A stretch of DNA of 64,000 nt, taken from the NCBI RefSeq assembly GCF_009914755.1, contig NC_060929.1; one strand, 5' to 3'. This DNA comes from the human T2T-CHM13v2.0 reference genome, Homo sapiens. Shown piece after piece: positions 37,691-52,200 of the stretch; positions within the stretch are counted from its first letter, which is position 1; each line of letters opens with the position of its first letter. Position numbers and translations under genes: made by a program. The notes under the pieces are model-generated. The model was not told where the DNA came from. It made no database searches and worked only from the letters and a program-made list of their open reading frames with translations.

Positions 37691-40288
37691 TTGAAAAACT
37701 CTTTTTGTGGAATTTGCAAATGGAGATTTCAAGCGCTTTGAGGCCAAAGGCAGAAAAGGAAATATCTTCGTATAAAAACTAGACAGAATCATTCTCAGAG
37801 ACTGCTCTGTGATGTGTGCGTTCAACTCTCAGAGTTTAACTTTTCTTTTCATTCAGCAGTTTAGAAACACTCTGTTTGTAATGTCTGCACGTGGATAATA
37901 TGACCACTTAGAGGCCTTCGTTGGAAACGGGTTTTTTTCATGTAAGGCTAGACAGAAGAATTCTCAGTAACTTCCTTGTGTTGTGTGTATTCAACTCACA
38001 GAGTTGAACGATCCTTTACACAGAGCAGACTTGTAACACTCTTTTTGTGGAATTTGCAAGTGGAGATTTCAGCCGCTCTGAAGTCAAAGGTAGAAAAGGA
38101 AATATCTTCCTATAAAAACTAGACAGAATGATTCTCAGAAACTCCTTTGTGATGTGTGCGTTCAACTCACAGAGTTTAACCTTTCTTTTCATAGAGCAGT
38201 TAGGAAACACTCTGTTTGTAATGTCTGCAAGTGGATATTCAGACCTCTTTGAGGCCTTCGTTGGAAACGGGTTTTTTTCATATAAGGCTAGACAGAAGAA
38301 TTCCCAGTAACTTCCTTGTGTTGTGTGTGTTCAACTCACAGAGTTGAACTTTCATTTACACAGAGCAGATTTGAAACACTCTTTTTGTGGAATTTGCAAG
38401 TGGAGATTTCAAGCGCTTTGAGGCCAAAGGCAGAAAAGGAAATATCTTCGTATAAAAACTAGACAGAATCATTCTCAGAAACTGCTCTGCGATGTGTGCG
38501 TTCAACTCTCAGAGTTTAACTTTTCTTTTCATTCAGCAGTTTGGAAACACTCTGTTTGTAAAGTCTGCACGTGGATATTTTGACCACTTAGAGTCCTTCG
38601 TTGGAAACGGGTTTCTTTCCTGTAAGGCTAGACAGAAGAATTCCCAGTAACTTCCTTGTGTTGTGTACATTCAACTCACAGAGTTCAACGTTCCCTTAGA
38701 CAGAGCAGATTTGAAACACTCTTTTTGTGCAATTGGCAAGTGGAGATTTCAAGCGCTTTAAGGTCAATGGCAGAAAAGGAAATATCTTCGTTTCAAAACT
38801 AGACAGAATCATTCCCACAAACTGCGTTGTGATGTGTTCGTTCATCTCACAGAGTTTAACCTTTCTTTTCATAGAGCATTGAGGAAACAGTCTGTTTGTA
38901 AATTCTGTAAGTGGATATTCTGACATCTTGTGGCCTTCGTTGGAAACGGGATTTCTTCATATTCTGCTAGACAGAAGAATTCTCAGAATCTTCCTTGTGT
39001 TGTGTGTATTCAACTCACAGAGTTGAATGATGGTTTACACAGAGCAGATTTGAAACACTCTTTTTGTGGAATTTGCAAGTGGAGATTTCAGCCGCTTTGA
39101 GGTCAATGGTAGAAAAGGAAATATCTTCGTATAAAAACTAGACAGAATGATTCTCAGAAACTTCTTTGTGATGTGTGCGTTCAACTCACAGAGTTTAACC
39201 TTTCTTTTCATAGAGCAGTTAGGAAACACTCTGTTTGTAAACTCTGCAAGTGGATATTCAGACCTCTTTGAGGCCTTCGTTGGAAACGGGATTTCTTCAT
39301 ACTGTGCTAGACAGAAGAATTCTCAGTAACTTCCTTGTGTTGTGTGTATTCAACTCACAGAGTTGGACGATCCTTTACACAGAGCGGACTTGAAACACTC
39401 TTTTTGTGGAATTTGCAAGTGGAGATTTCAGCCGCGTTGAGGTCAATGGTAGAAAAGGAAATATCTTCGTATAAAAACTAGACAGATTGATTCTCAGAAA
39501 CTCCTTTTTGATGTGTGTCTTCAACTCACAGAGTTTAAACTTTCTTTTCATAGAGCAGTTAGGAAACACTCTGTTTGTATACTCTGCAAGTGGATATTCA
39601 GACCTCTTTGAGGCCTTCTTTGGAAAAGGGATTTCTTCATATTGTGCTAGACAGAAGAATTCTCAGTAACTTCCTTGTGTTGTGTGTATTCAACTCACAG
39701 AGTTGAACGATCCTTTACACAGAGCGGACTTGAAACACTCTTTTTGTGGAATTTGCAAGTGGAGATTTAAGCCGCGTTGAGGTCAATGGTAGAAAAGGAA
39801 ATATCTTCGTATAAAAACTAGACAGAATGATTCTCAGAAACTCCTTTGTGATGTGTGTGTTCAACTCACAGAGTTTAACCTTTCTTTTCCTAGAGCAGTT
39901 AGGAAACACTCTGTTTGTAAAGTCTGCAAGTGGATATTCAGACCTCTTTGAGGCCTTCGTTGGAAACGGGTTTTTTTCATATAAGGCTAGACAGAAGAAT
40001 TCCCAGTAACTTCCTTGTGTTGTGTGTGTTCAACTCACAGAGTTGAACTTTCATTTACACAGAGCAGATTTGAAACACTCTTTTTGTGGAATTTGCAAGT
40101 GGAGATTTCAAGCGCTTTGAGGCCAAAGGCAGAAAAGGAAATATCTTCGTATAAAAACTAGACAGAATCACTCTCAGAAACTGCTCTGCGATGTGTGCGT
40201 TCAACTCTCAGAGTTTAACTTTTCTTTTCATTCAGCAGTTTGGAAACACTCTGTTTGTAAAGTCTGCACGTGGATATTTTTACCACTC

Positions 40289-43200
40289 AGAGGCCTTCGT
40301 TGGAAACGGGTTTTTTTCCTGTAAGGCTAGACAGAAGAATTCCCAGTAACTTCCTTGTGTTGTGTACATTCAACTCACAGAGTTGAACGTTCCCTTAGAC
40401 AGAGCAGATTTGAAACACTCTTTTTGTGCAATTGGCAAGTGGAGATTTCAAGCGCTTTAAGGTCAATGGCAGAAAAGGAAATATCTTCGTTTCAAAACTA
40501 GACAGAATCATTCCCACAAACTGCGTTGTGATGTGTTCGTTCAACTCACAGAGTTTAACCTTTCTTTTCATAGAGCAGTTAGGAAACAGTCTGTTTGTAA
40601 ATTCTGTAAGTGGATATTCTGACATCTTGTGGCCTTCGTTGGAAACGGGATTTCTTCATATTCTGCTAGACAGAAGAATTCTCAGAATCTTCCTTGTGTT
40701 GTGTGTATTCAACTCACAGAGTTGAACGATGGTTTACACAGAGCAGATATGAAACACTCTTTTTGTGGAATTTGCAAGTGGAGATTTCAGCCGCTTTGAG
40801 GTCAATGGTAGAAAAGGAAATATCTTCGTATAAAAACTAGACAGAATGATTCTCAGAAACTTCTTGGTGATGTGTGCGTTCAACTCACAGAGTTTAACCT
40901 TTCTTTTCATAGAGCAGTTAGGAAACACTCTGTTTGAAAACTCTGCAAGTGGATATTCAGACCTCCTTGAGGCCTTCGTTGGAAACGGGATTTCTTCATA
41001 CTGTGCTAGACAGAGGAATTCTCAGTAACTTCCTTGTGTTGTGTGTATTCAACTCACAGAGTTGAACGATCCTTTACACAGAGCAGACTTGAAACACTCT
41101 TTTTGTGGAATTTGCAAGTGGAGATTTCAGCCGCGTTGAGGTCAATGGTAGAAGAGGAAATATCTTCGTATAAAAACTAGACAGAATGATTCTCAGAAAC
41201 TCCTTTGTGATGTGTGTGTTCAACTCACAGAGTTTAACCTTTCTTTTCATAGAGCAGTTAGGAAACACTCTGTTTGTAAAGTCTGCAAGTGGATATTCAG
41301 ACCTCTTTGAGGCCTTCGTTGGAAACGGGTTTTTTTCATAGAAGGCTAGACAGAAGAATTCCCAGTAACTTCCTTGTGTTGTGTGTGTTCAACTCACAGA
41401 GTTGAACTTTGATTTACACAGAGCAGATTTGAAACACTCTTTTTGTGGAATTTGCAAGTGGAGATTTCAAGCGCTTTGAGGCCAAAGGCAGAAAAGGAAA
41501 TATCTTCGTATAAAAACTAGACAGAATCATTCTCAGAAACTGCTCTGCGATGTGTGCGTTCAACTCTCAGAGTTTAACTTTTCTTTTCATTCAGCAGTTT
41601 GGAAACACTCTGTTTGTAAAGTCTGCACGTGGATATTTTGACCACTTAGAGGCCTTCGTTGGAAACGGGTTTTTTTCTTGTAAGGCTAGACAGAAGAATT
41701 CCCAGTAACTTCCTTGTGTTGTGTACATTCAACTCACAGAGTTGAACGTTCCCTTAGAAAGAGCAGATTTGAAACACTCTTTTTGTGCAATTGGCAAGTG
41801 GAGATTTCAAGCGATTTAAGGTCAATGGCAGAAAAGGAAATATCTTCGTTTCAAAACTAGACAGAATCATTCCCACAAACTGCGTTGTGATGTGTTCGTT
41901 CAACTCACAGAGTTTAACCTTTCTTTTCATAGAGCAGTTAGGAAACAGTCTGTTTGTAAATTCTGTAAGTGGATATTCTGACATCTTGTGGCCTTCGTTG
42001 GAAACGGGATTTCTTCATATTCTGCTAGACAGAAGAATTCTCAGAATCTTCCTTGTGTTGTGTGTATTCAACTCACAGAGTTGAACGATGGTTTACACAG
42101 AACAGATTTGAAACACTCTTTTTGTGGAATTTGCAAGTGGAGATTTCAGCCGCTTTGAGGTCTGTGGTAGAAAAGGAAATATCTTCGTATAAAAACTAGA
42201 CAGAATGATTCTCAGAAACTTCTTTGTGATGTGTGCGTTCAACTCACAGAGTTTAACCTTTCTTTTCATAGAGCAGTTAGGAAACACTCTGTTTGAAAAC
42301 TCTGCAAGTGGATATTCAGACCTCCTTGAGGCCTTCGTTGGAAACGGGATTTCTTCATACTGTGCTAGACAGAGGAATTCTCAGTAACTTCCTTGTGTTG
42401 TGTGTATTCAACTCACAGAGTTGAACGATCCTTTACACAGAGCAGACTTGAAACACTCTTTTTGTGGAATTTGCAAGTGGAGATTTCAGCCGCGTTGAGG
42501 TCAATGGTAGAAGAGGAAATATCTTCGTATAAAAACTAGACAGAATGATTCTCAGAAACTCCTTTGTGATGTGTGTGTTCAACTCACAGAGTTTAACCTT
42601 TCTTTTCATAGAGCAGTTAGGAAACACTCTGTTTGTAAAGTCTGCAAGTGGATATTCAGACCTCTTTGAGGCCTTCGTTGGAAACGGGTTTTTTTCATAG
42701 AAGGCTAGACAGAAGAATTCCCAGTAACTTCCTTGTGTTGTGTGTGTTCAACTCACAGAGTTGAACTTTGATTTACACAGAGCAGATTTGAAACACTCTT
42801 TTTGTGGAATTTGCAAGTGGAGATTTCAAGCGCTTTGAGGCCAAAGGCAGAAAAGGAAATATCTTCGTATAAAAACTAGACAGAATCATTCTCAGAAACT
42901 GCTCTGCGATGTGTGCGTTCAACTCTCAGAGTTTAACTTTTCTTTTCATTCAGCAGTTTGGAAACACTCTGTTTGTAAAGTCTGCACGTGGATATTTTGA
43001 CCACTTAGAGGCCTTCGTTGGAAACGGGTTTTTTTCCTGTAAGGCTAGACAGAAGAATTCCCAGTAACTTCCTTGTGTTGTGTACATTCAACTCACAGAG
43101 TTGAACGTTCCCTTAGAAAGAGCAGATTTGAAACACTCTTTTTGTGCAATTGGCAAGTGGAGATTTCAAGCAATTTAAGGTCAATGGCAGAAAAGGAAAT

Positions 43201-46200
43201 ATCTTCGTTTCAAAACTAGACAGAATCATTCCCACAAACTGCGTTGTGATGTGTTCGTTCAACTCACAGAGTTTAACCTTTCTTTTCATAGAGCAGTTAG
43301 GAAACAGTCTGTTTGTAAATTCTGTAAGTGGATATTCTGACATCTTGTGGCCTTCGTTGGAAACGGGATTTCTTCATATTCTGCTAGACAGAAGAATTCT
43401 CAGAATCTTCCTTGTGTTGTGTGTATTCAACTCACAGAGTTGAACGATGGTTTACACAGAACAGATTTGAAACACTCTTTTTGTGGAATTTGCAAGTGGA
43501 GATTTCAGCCGCTTTGAGGTCCGTGGTAGAAAAGGAAATATCTTCGTATAAAAACTAGACAGAATGATTCTCAGAAACTTCTTTGTGATGTGTGCGTTCA
43601 ACTCACAGAGTTTAACCTTTCTTTTCATAGAGCAGTTAGGAAACACTCTGTTTGTAAACTCTGCAAGTGGATATACAGACCTCTTTGAGGCCTTCGTTGG
43701 AAACGGGATTTCTTCATACTGTGCTAGACAGAAGAATTCTCAGTAACTTCCTTGTGTTGTGTGTATTCAACTCACAGAGTTGAACGATCCTTTACACAGA
43801 GCGGACTTGAAACACTCTTTTTGTGGAATGTGCAAGTGGAGATTTCAGCCGCGTTGAGGTCAATGGTAGAAAAGGAAATATCTTCGTATAAAAACTAGAC
43901 AGAATGATTCTCAGAAACTCCTTTATGATGTGTGTGTTCAACTCACAGAGTTTAACCTTTCTTTTCATAGAGCAGTTAGGAAACACTCTGTTTGTAAAGT
44001 CTGCAAGTGGATATTCAGACCTCTTTGAGGCCTTCGTTGGAAACGGGTTTTTTTCATATAAGGCTAGACAGAAGAATTCCCAGTAACTTCCTTGTGTTGT
44101 GTGTGTTCAACTCACAGAGTTGAACTTTCATTTACACAGAGCAGATTTGAAACACTCTTTTTGTGGAATTTGCAAGTGGAGATTTCAAGCGCTTTGAGGC
44201 CAAAGGCAGAAAAGGAAATATCTTCGTATAAAAACTAGACAGAATCATTCTCAGAAACTGCTCTGCGATGTGTGTGTTCAACTCTCAGAGTTTAACTTTT
44301 CTTTTCATTCAGCAGTTTGGAAACACTCTGTTTGTAATGTCTGCACGTGGATAATTTGACCACTTAGAGGCCTTCGTTGGAAACGGGTTTTTTTCATGTA
44401 AGGCTATACAGAAGAATTCCCAGTAACTTCCTTGTGTTGTGTACATTCAACTAACAGAGTTGAACGATCCTTTACACAGAGCAGACTTGTAACAATCTTT
44501 TTGTGGAATTTGCAAGTGGAGATTTCAGCCGCTTTGAAGTCAAAGGTAGAAAAGGAAATATCTTCCTATAAAAACTAGACAGAATGATTCTCAGAAACTC
44601 CTTTGTGATGTGTGCGTTCAGCTCACAGAGTTTAACCTTTCTTTTCATAGAGCAGTTAGGAAACACTCTGTTTGTAAAGTCTGCAAGTGTATATTCAGAC
44701 CTCTTTGAGGCCTTCGTTGGAAACGCGTTTTTTTCATATAAGGCTAGACAGAAGAATTCCCAGTAACTTCCTTGTGTTGTGTGTGTTCAACTCTGTGAGT
44801 TGAACTTTCATTTACACAGAGCAGATTTGAAACACTCTTTTTGTGGAATTTGCAAGTGGAGATTTCAAGCGCTTTGAGGCCAAAGGCAGAAAAGGAAATA
44901 TCTTCGTATAAAAACTAGACAGAATCACTCTCAGAAACTGCTCTGCGATGTGTGCGTTCAACTCTCAGAGTTTAACTTTTCTTTTCATTCAGCAGTTTGG
45001 AAACACTCTGTTTGTAAAGTCTGCACGTGGATATTTTGACCACTCAGAGGCCTTCGTTGGAAACGGGTTTTTTTCCTGTAAGGCTAGACAGAAGAATTCC
45101 CAGTAACTTCCTTGTGTTGTGTACATTCAACTCACAGAGTTGAACGTTCCCTTAGACAGAGCAGATTTGAAACACTCTTTTTGTGCAATTGGCACGTGGA
45201 GATTTCAAGAGTTTTAAGGTGAATGGCAGAAAAGGAAATATCTTCGTTTCAAAACTAGACAGAATCATTCCCACAAACTGCGTTGTGATGTGTTCGTTCA
45301 AATCACAGAGTTTAACCTTTCTTTTCATAGAGCAGTTAGGAAACAGTCTGTTTGTAAATTCTGTAAGTGGATATTCTGACATCTTGTGGCCTTCGTTGGA
45401 AACGGGATTTCTTCATATTCTGCTAGACAGAAGAATTCTCAGAATCTTCCTTGTGTTGTGTGTATTCAACTCACAGAGTTGAACGATCCTTTACACAGAG
45501 CAGACTTGAAACACTCTTTTTGTGGAATTTGCAAGTGGAGATTTCAGCCGCTTTGAGGTCCATGGTAGAAAAGGAAATATCTTCGTATAAAAACTAGACA
45601 GAATGATTCTCAGAAACTTCTTTGTGATGTGTGCGTTCAACTCACAGAGTTTAACCTTTCTTTTCATAGAGCAGTTAGGAAACACTCTGTTTGTAAACTC
45701 TGCAAGTGGATATTCAGACCTCTTTGAGGCCTTCGTTGGAAACGGGATTTCTTCATACTATGCTAGACAGAAGAATTCTCAGTAACTTCTTTGTGTTGTG
45801 TGTATTCAACTCACAGAGTTGAACGATCCTTTACACAGAGCAGACTTGAAACACTCGTTTTGTGGAATTTGCAAGTGGAGATTTCAGCCGCTTTGAGGTC
45901 CATGGTAGAAAAGGAAATATCTTCGTATAAAAACTTGACAGAATGATTCTCAGAAACTTCTTTGTGATGTGTGCGTTCAACTCACAGAGTTTAACCTTTC
46001 TTTTCATAGAGCAGTTAGGAAACACTCTGTTTGTAAACTCTGCAAGTGGATATTCAGACCTCTTTGAGGCCTTCGTTGGAAACGGGATTTCTTCATACTA
46101 TGCTAGACAGAAGAATTCTCAGTAACTTCTTGGTGTTGTGTGTATTCAACTCACAGAGTTGAACGATGCTTTACACAGAGTAGACTTGAAACACTCGTTT

Positions 46201-49200
46201 TGTGGAATTTGCAAGTGGAGATTTCAGCCGCTTTGAGGTCCATGGTAGAAAAGGAAATATCTTCGTATAAAAACTAGACAGAATGATTCTCAGAAACTCC
46301 TTTGTGATGTGTGTGTTCAACTCACAGAGTTTAACCTTTCTTTTCATAGAGCAGTTAGGAAACACTCTGTTTGTAAAGTCTGCAAGTGGATATTCAGACC
46401 TCTTTGAGGCCTTCGTTGGAAACGGGTTTTTTTCATATAAGGCTAGACAGAAGAATTCCCAGTAACTTCCTTGTGTTGTGTGTGTTCAACTCACAGAGTT
46501 GAACTTTCATTTACACAGAGCAGATTTGAAACACTCTTTTTGTGGAATTTGCAAGTGGAGATTTCAAGCGCTTTGTGGCCAAAGGCAGAAAAGGAAATAT
46601 CTTCGTATAAAAACTAGACAGAATCATTCTCAGAAACTGCTCTGCGATGTGTGCGTTCAACTCTCAGAGTTTAACTTTTCTTTTCATTCAGCAGTTTGGA
46701 AACACTCTGTTTGTAAAGTCTGCACGTGGATAATTGGACCACTTAGAGGCCTTCGTTGGAAACGGGTTTTTTTCATGTAAGGCTATACAGAAGAATTCTC
46801 AGTAACTTCCTTGTGTTGTGTGTATTCAACTCACAGAGTTGAACGATCCTTTACACAGAGCAGACTTGTAACACTCTTTTTGTGGAATTTGCAAGTGGAG
46901 ATTTCAGCCGCTTTGAAGTCAAAGGTAGAAAAGGAAATATCTTCCTATAAAAACTAGACAGAATGATTCTCAGAAACTCCTTTGTGATGTGTGCGTTCAA
47001 CTCACAGAGTTTAACCTTTCTTTTCATAGAGCAGTTAGGAAACACTCTGTTTGTAAAGTCTGCAAGTGGATATTCAGACCTCTTTGAGGCCTTCGTTGGA
47101 AACGGGTTTTTTTCATATAAGGCTAGACAGAAGAATTCCCAGTAACTTCCTTGTGTTGTCTGTGTTCAACTCACGGAGTTGAGCTTTCATTTACACAGAG
47201 CAGATTTGAAACACTCTTTTTGTGGAATTTGCAAGTGGAGATTTCAAGCGCTTTGAGGCCAAAGGCAGAAAAGGAAATATCTTCGTATAAAATCTAGACA
47301 GAATCACTCTCAGAAACTGCTCTGCGATGTGTGCGTTCAACTCTCAGAGTTTAACTTTTCTTTTCATTCAGCAGTTTGGAAACACTCTGTTTGTAAAGTC
47401 TGCACGTGGATATTTTGACCACTCAGAGGCCTTCGTTGGAAACGGGTTTTTTTCCTGTAAGGCTAGACAGAAGAATTCCCAGTAACTTCCTTGTGTTGTG
47501 TACATTCAACTCACAGAGTTGAACGTTCCCTTAGACAGAGCAGATTTGAAACACTCTTTTTGTGCAATTGGCAAGTGGAGATTTCAAGAGTTTTAAGGTC
47601 AATGGCAGAAAAGGAAATATCTTCGTTTCAAAACTAGACAGAATCATTCCCACAAACTGCGTTGTGATGTGTTCGTTCAAATCACAGAGTTTAACCTTTC
47701 TTTTCATAGAGCAGTTAGGAAACAGTCTGTTTGTAAATTCTGTAAGTGGATATTCTGACATCTTGTGGCCTTCGTTGGAAACGGGATTTCTTCATATTCT
47801 GCTAGACAGAAGAATTCTCAGAATCTTCCTTGTGTTGTGTGTATTCAACTCACAGAGTTGAACGATCCTTTACACAGAGCAGACTTGAAACACTCTTTTT
47901 GTGGAATTTGCAAGTGGAGATTTCAGCCGCTTTGAGGTCCATGGTAGAAAAGGAAATATCTTCGTATAAAAACTAGACAGAATGATTCTCAGAAACTTCT
48001 TTGTGATGTGTGCGTTCAACTCACAGAGTTTAACCTTTCTTTTCATAGAGCAGTTAGGAAACACTCTGTTTGTAAACTCTGCAAGTGGATATTCAGACCT
48101 CTTTGAAGCCTTCGTTGGAAACGGGATTTCTTCATACTATGCTAGACAGAAGAATTCTCAGTAACTTCTTTGTGTTGTGTGTATTCAACTCACAGAGTTG
48201 AGCGATCCTTTACACAGAGCAGACTTGAAACACTCGTTTTGTGGAATTTGCAAGTGGAGATTTCAGCCGCTTTGAGGTCAATGGTAGAAAAGGAAATATC
48301 TTCGTATAAAAACTAGACAGAGTGATTCTCAGAAACTCCTTTGTGATGTGTGCGTTCAACTCACAGAGTTTAACCTTTCTTTTCATAGAGCAGTTAGGAA
48401 ACACTCTGTTTGTAAAGTCTGCAAGTGGATATTCAGACCTCTTTGAGGCCTTCGTTGGAAACGGGTTTTTTTCATATAAGGCTAGACAGAAGAATTCCCA
48501 GTAACTTCCTTGTGTTGTGTGTGTTCAACTCACAGAGTTGAACTTTCATTTACACAGAGCAGATTTGAAACACTCTTTTTGTGGAATTTGCAAATGGAGA
48601 TTTCAAGCGCTTTTAGGCCAAAGCAGAAAAGGAAATATCTTCGTATAAAAACTAGACAGAATCATTCTCAGAAACTGCTCTGCGATGTGTGCGTTCAACT
48701 CTCAGAGTTTAACTTTTCTTTTCATTCAGCAGTTTGGAAACACTCTGTTTGTAAAGTCTGCACGTGGATAATTTGACCACTTAGAGGCCTTCGTTGGAAA
48801 CGGGTTTTTTTCATGTAAGGCTATACAGAAGAATTCTCAGTAACTTCCTTGTGTTGTGTGTATTCAACTTACAGAGTTGAACGATCCTTTACACAGAGCA
48901 GACTTGTAACACTCTTTTTGTGGAATTTGCAAGTGGAGATTTCAGCCGCTTTGAAGTCAAAGGTAGAAAAGGAAATATCTTCCTATAAAAACTAGACAGA
49001 ATGATTATCAGAAACTCCTTTGTGATGTGTGCGTTCAACTCACAGAGTTTAACCTTTCTTTTCATAGAGCAGTTAGGAAACACTCTGTTTGTAAAGTCTG
49101 CAAGTGGATATTCAGACCTCTTTGAGGCCTTCGTTGGAAACGGGTTTTTTTCATATAAGGCTAGACAGAAGAATTCCCAGTAACTTCCTTGTGTTGTGTG

Positions 49201-52200
49201 TGTTCAACTCACAGAGTTGAACTTTCATTTACGCAGAGCCGATTTGAAACACTCTTTTTGTGGAATTTGCAAGTGGAGATTTCAAGCGCTTTGAGGCCAA
49301 AGGCAGAAAAGGAAATATCTTCGTATAAAAACTAGACAGAATCATTCTCAGAAACTGCTCTGCGATGTGTGCGTTCAACTCTCAGAGTTTAACTTTTCTT
49401 TTCATTCAGCAGTTTGGAAACACTCTGTTTGTAAAGTCTGCACGTGGATATTTTGACCACTCAGAGGCCTTCGTTGGAAACGGGTTTTTTTCCTGTAAGG
49501 CTAGACAGAAGAATTCCCAGTAACTTCCTTGTGTTGTGTACATTCAACTCACAGAGTTGAACGTTCCCTTAGACAGAGCAGATTTGAAACACTCTTTTTG
49601 TGCAATTGGCAAGTGGAGATTTCAAGAGTTTTAAGGTCAATGGCAGAAAAGGAAATATCTTCGTTTCAAAACTAGACAGAATCATTCCCACAAACTGCGT
49701 TGTGATGTGTTCGTTCAAATCACAGAGTTTAACCTTTCTTTTCATAGAGCAGTTAGGAAACAGTCTGTTTGTAAATTCTGTAAGTGGATATTCTGACATC
49801 TTGTGGCCTTCGTTGGAAACGGGATTTCTTCATATTCTGCTAGACAGAAGAATTCTCAGAATCTTCCTTGTGTTGTGTGTATTCAACTCACAGAGTTGAA
49901 CGATCCTTTACACAGAGCAGACTTGAAACACTCTTTTTGTGGAATTTGCAAGTGGAGATTTCAGCCGCTTTGAGGTCCATGGTAGAAAAGGAAATATCTT
50001 CGTATAAAAACTAGACAGAATGATTCTCAGAAACTTCTTTGTGATGTGTGCGTTCAACTCACAGAGTTTAACCTTTCTTTTCATAGAGCAGTTAGGAAAC
50101 ACTCTGTTTGTAAACTCTGCAAGTGGATATTCAGACCTCTTTGAAGCCTTCGTTGGAAACGGGATTTCTTCATACTATGCTAGACAGAAGAATTCTCAGT
50201 AACTTCTTTGTGTTGTGTGTATTCAACTCACAGAGTTGAGCGATCCTTTACACAGAGCAGACTTGAAACACTCGTTTTGTGGAATTTGCAAGTGGAGATT
50301 TCAGCCGCTTTAAGGTCAATGGTAGAAAAGGAAATATCTTCGTATAAAAACTAGACAGAGTGATTCTCAGAAACTCCTTTGTGATGTGTGCGTTCAACTC
50401 ACAGAGTTTAACCTTTCTTTTCATAGAGCAGTTAGGAAACACTCTGTTTGTAAAGTCTGCAAGTGGATATTCAGACCTCTTTGAGGCCTTCGTTGGAAAC
50501 GGGTTTTTTTCATATAAGGCTAGACAGAAGAATTCCCAGTAACTTCCTTGTGTTGTGTGTGTTCAACTCACAGAGTTGAACTTTCATTTACACAGAGCAG
50601 ATTTGAAACACTCTTTTTGTGGAATTTGCAAATGGAGATTTCAAGCGCTTTGAGGCCAAAGCAGAAAAGGAAATATCTTCGTATAAAAACTAGACAGAAT
50701 CATTCTCAGAAACTGCTCTGCGATGTGTGCGTTCAACTCTCAGAGTTTAACTTTTCTTTTCATTCAGCAGTTTGGAAACACTCTGTTTGTAAAGTCTGCA
50801 CGTGGATAATTTGACCACTTAGAGGCCTTCGTTGGAAACGGGTTTTTTTCATGTAAGGCTATACAGAAGAATTCTCAGTAACTTCCTTGTGTTGTGTGTA
50901 TTCAACTTACAGAGTTGAACGATCCTTTACACAGAGCAGACTTGTAACACTCTTTTTGTGGAATTTGCAAGTGGAGATTTCAGCCGCTTTGAAGTCAAAG
51001 GTAGAAAAGGAAATATCTTCCTATAAAAACTAGACAGAATGATTATCAGAAACTCCTTTGTGATGTGTGCGTTCAACTCACAGAGTTTAACCTTTCTTTT
51101 CATAGAGCAGTTAGGAAACACTCTGTTTGTAAAGTCTGCAAGTGGATATTCAGACCTCTTTGAGGCCTTCGTTGGAAACGGGTTTTTTTCATATAAGGCT
51201 AGACAGAAGAATTCCCAGTAACTTCCTTGTGTTGTGTGTGTTCAACTCACAGAGTTGAACTTTCATTTACACAGAGCAGATTTGAAACACTCTTTTTGTG
51301 GAATTTGCAAGTGGAGATTTCAAGCGCTTTGTGGCCAAAGGCAGAAAAGGAAATATCTTCGTATAAAAACTAGACAGAATCATTCTCAGAAACTGCTCTG
51401 CGATGTGTGCGTTCAACTCTCAGAGTTTAACTTTTCTTTTCATTCAGCAGTTTGGAAACACTCTGTTTGTAAAGTCTGCACGTGGATATTTTGACCACTC
51501 AGAGGCCTTCGTTGGAAACGGGTTTTTTTCCTGTAAGGCTAGACAGAAGAATTCCCAGTAACTTCCTTGTGTTGTGTACATTCAACTCACAGAGTTGAAC
51601 GTTCCCTTAGACAGAGCAGATTTGAAACACTCTTTTTGTGCAATTGGCAAGTGGAGATTTCAAGAGTTTTAAGGTCAATGGCAGAAAAGGAAATATCTTC
51701 GTTTCAAAACTAGACAGAATCATTCCCACAAACTGCGTTGTGATGTGTTCGTTCAAATCACAGAGTTTAACCTTTCTTTTCATAGAGCAGTTAGGAAACA
51801 GTCTGTTTGTAAATTCTGTAAGTGGATATTCTGACATCTTGTGGCCTTCGTTGGAAACGGGATTTCTTCATATTCTGCTAGACAGAAGAATTCTCAGAAT
51901 CTTCCTTGTGTTGTGTGTATTCAACTCACAGAGTTGAACGATCCTTTACACAGAGCAGACTTGAAACACTCTTTTTGTGGAATTTGCAAGTGGAGATTTC
52001 AGCCGCTTTGAGGTCCATGGTAGAAAAGGAAATATCTTCGTATAAAAACTAGACAGAATGATTCTCAGAAACTTCTTTGTGATGTGTGCGTTCAACTCAC
52101 AGAGTTTAACCTTTCTTTTCATAGAGCAGTTAGGAAACACTCTGTTTGTAAACTCTGCAAGTGGATATTCAGACCTCTTTGAGGCCTTCGTTGGAAACGG

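Larger units (their letters stand above)
13790..40288 (+). repeat. 26,499-bp macro-repeat, copy 1 (78 dimers = 156 monomers = 14 HOR variants)
   Basis: HOR length series from 13896 is 1359,1359,2039,2379,2038,2038,2379,2718,1019,2038,1358,2038,2038,1699 (sum 26499), and the series restarts at 40395. The left boundary lies between the last mismatch (~13789) and the first shared private variant (14250). Confidence 0.93.
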
